DNA from: Lytechinus pictus
Lineage: Eukaryota
Length of the DNA: 64,000 bases
NCBI RefSeq assembly: GCF_037042905.1
Contig: NC_087254.1
Location: forward strand, 11,842,001 to 11,906,000
Direction: 5' to 3'
Shown piece by piece: positions 61,750 through 64,000 of the stretch. Under the pieces are notes generated by a model that saw only the letters and a program-made list of their open reading frames with translations, ran no database searches and was not told the origin of the DNA. The stretch's first letter is position 1. Every line of letters starts with the position of its first letter. The translations under genes were made by a program, and so were the position numbers.

Positions 61750-61949
61750 GGTCCTTTTCAGGACCAACATATGCCCAAGAAAGAATACATGGTGTACCGT
61801 GAAACCTACTACACTATTAAGATTCTTGCAGAATTGAGGTCTTATTGATGTTGATATGTGGTGATATTTTGATGATTATTGAATATGAACTTTCTGAGAT
61901 TTGCTGTCCACAAGAAATGGAGGAAATAAAAATAAGAAATAAAAATAAA

Positions 61950-64000
61950 CTAGATTTTAATTCGTCATGCGGACGAATTAGGTGGTCTGTCCTTATTCTC
62001 GCCATCATGATCACTATTACCATGTTCAAGCAGATCAATATGATCTTCATGATGACAACAGAATGTTCATTAAGGATGGAATACTTGTGAAAGACGGGAG
62101 ATGATAAAGCACAGTGAAAAGTGTCTCTTTGATATATGAAAATACATGTGATATGAAAATAGTAATTATAATCTGTTTAATCTTGCTAAATTTTAACTTT
62201 CATACCTTTTAATTATCATAAAGGATCATGTACGAGGTGGTAAAAAGAAAAAAAAAAGAAAAAAAAAATCATCTTGTTCACCCCCAGGACTCGAACCTGC
62301 GCCCCCGAGAACTCAAGTCAAGTGCGTTATCCATTGAGCCACGATATTCCCCATAGAGATTACACGTTCCCATAGAGATTACACGGAAGCAAATTTGAGA
62401 ATTAAAAATGCAATTTTGCAAGCGAAAAACGGGCATGATCCTGGCATCTGATCGAAAAAAAAGGGTGACACTTTCAAAAGCTTAGAATCTCAGCTACATC
62501 ATACCAAAAGCTCAGGGATAACTAACAAGAAACAATGGAGATATAGCTCACGAAATAGAGGAATGTAGAATCTAGTTTTGAGAAAAAGGCATGTCCCATA
62601 GAGATTACACGTAAAATGAGGAAAAATGACATGCCTCTTTTCATCGCAATTTTACACCATGATGCGTTTTTCAAAATGAAAATTCATGTTTACTGACGAG
62701 AAAGAGTACATTCTAAACTACAACATATCGAAATCTGGGCGAAAAATGATCAATATTCACGGAGTTATGATCAAATTTGCATAAATTTGATGACGTCATT
62801 TTTGAAAATATGAAATTTTCAGTTTAGGCGCAATTTTGATGACGTCATGATCAAATTGAGGGACAATGGTGACATGAAATCAAATCTACAAGTCATACTC
62901 TATCGATATATGAAAAAAATATTGGGGTCAACGGACTATTTAAAGAGGTATAGTGAATTTTCAATTGCCCCTTTTTTTTGGCCATATATGGCCTGTAGTG
63001 AGAGCTCGCGCGCACACGTGCTGCAAAGTTTAACAGGTGATAATTTCGTTATTACTTGTCGTAGAAGGTTGATTAATGTATCAAATTGTTCAGAATTATA
63101 TTATCGATGCATTGATATAAAAAAATTGGCGATTCTATGTTGGAAGATGCAATTACGCGCGAAAACGCGCGCGCATGTGCGTGCGCGCGTTTTTTTGCAA
63201 AATGCTTAAAATGGCCTGAAACGTATGGAAAATTAATTTGGAACGAATTTGAGCATTTTAAAATTTTAATGCGCGCGTACGTGCGCGTCGAGGTGCACGC
63301 GCGGAATTTGATGAAATTTTTAGTTGACCGTTGACCTGAAGTTGATGTATACCAAATATAGTTGATTTTTGATGACTCGTTATCGAGATATGATAATGAC
63401 CTGATTTTTACAAAATGGCGCCTGGATAAAGTCACGATGACCTAATGACCTTGAAAAAAGGAGGGCACACTTCCAAAAGCTTAGAATCTCAGCTACATCA
63501 TACCAAAAGCTCAGGGATAACTAACAAGAAAAAATGGAGATATAGCTCACGAAATAGAGGAATGTAGAATCTAGTTTTGAGAAAAAGTCATGTCCCATAG
63601 AGATTACATGCAAAATGAGGAAAAATGACATGTCTTTATTATTTGCAATTTTTGAGGATGATCCGTTTATTATGATGAAAATTAAAGGCAATAACTCAGA
63701 AAGAGTAAGACCTAAGCTACAACATATTAAAAATTGGGTGAAAATTGACGAATATTCACGGAGTTAGAGCCAGATTTGCATAATTATAATGACGTCATAA
63801 TACGCAAAATGGATATTTTGACTTCCGACGCCATTTTGATGACGTCATAATATAATTAAGGGTCAAATGAGACATGAAATTATAACTCTAGTTCATACTC
63901 TATCAAAATATGAAAAAAAAATTCGGGGTCCCCATGCGTTCTGAAAAGCTACAGCGGATTTTCTATAGGCATGTTTTTGCCCATATATGGCCTATAGTAA
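61950..64000 (-). mobile_element. Second Helitron-like element of the same family with an internal ~1-kb tandem duplication; runs off the window
   Basis: Same hairpin + CTAG terminus. The block AAAGCTTAGAATCTCAGCTACATCATACC recurs at about 62477 and about 63476. Confidence 0.65.

Larger units (their letters stand above)
42419..61818. mobile_element. Penelope-like element (Penelope/Poseidon type) concatemer: minus arm 42419-53266 and plus arm 53267-61818, unit length 2826 bp
   Basis: ORFs recur at an exact 2826-bp period (42843, 45669, 48495, 51321). Strand switch at 53266/53267. Direct repeat ATTAAGATTCTT at 42408-42419 and 61816-61827 flanks the whole array. Confidence 0.97.

Overview
AT-rich, repeat-dense animal genomic DNA. 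The repeat repertoire suggests a sea urchin or other echinoderm, but that is an inference. The minus strand carries the 3' two-thirds of an SGSM3 (TBC-SH3-RUN) orthologue: 11 phase-consistent coding exons from 40091 down to the stop at 1114. Its introns are packed with mobile DNA. The standout is a 19.4 kb Penelope-like element (PLE) concatemer at about 42419-61818, built from seven near-identical 2826-bp RT + GIY-YIG units. These form two divergent tandem arms (about 3.8 units on -, 3 units on +), and the whole array sits inside one 12-bp target-site duplication (ATTAAGATTCTT). Each unit boundary has a CCAAT/TATA/Inr promoter and a minimal, dimer-type hammerhead ribozyme. This architecture is what rolling-circle reverse transcription of a ribozyme-generated circular RNA, primed from both target strands, would leave. 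Also present: a young non-autonomous Gmr1-like LTR element (gag-SCAN/protease/partial integrase, tRNA-Gln PBS, 5-bp TSD) nested in a LINE remnant; a 1.15-kb Transib/RAG-type element with exact CACAGTG ends, a 5-bp TSD and 12/23-RSS-like asymmetry; Helitron-like elements; several MITEs; tRNA-derived SINEs; and one N gap.
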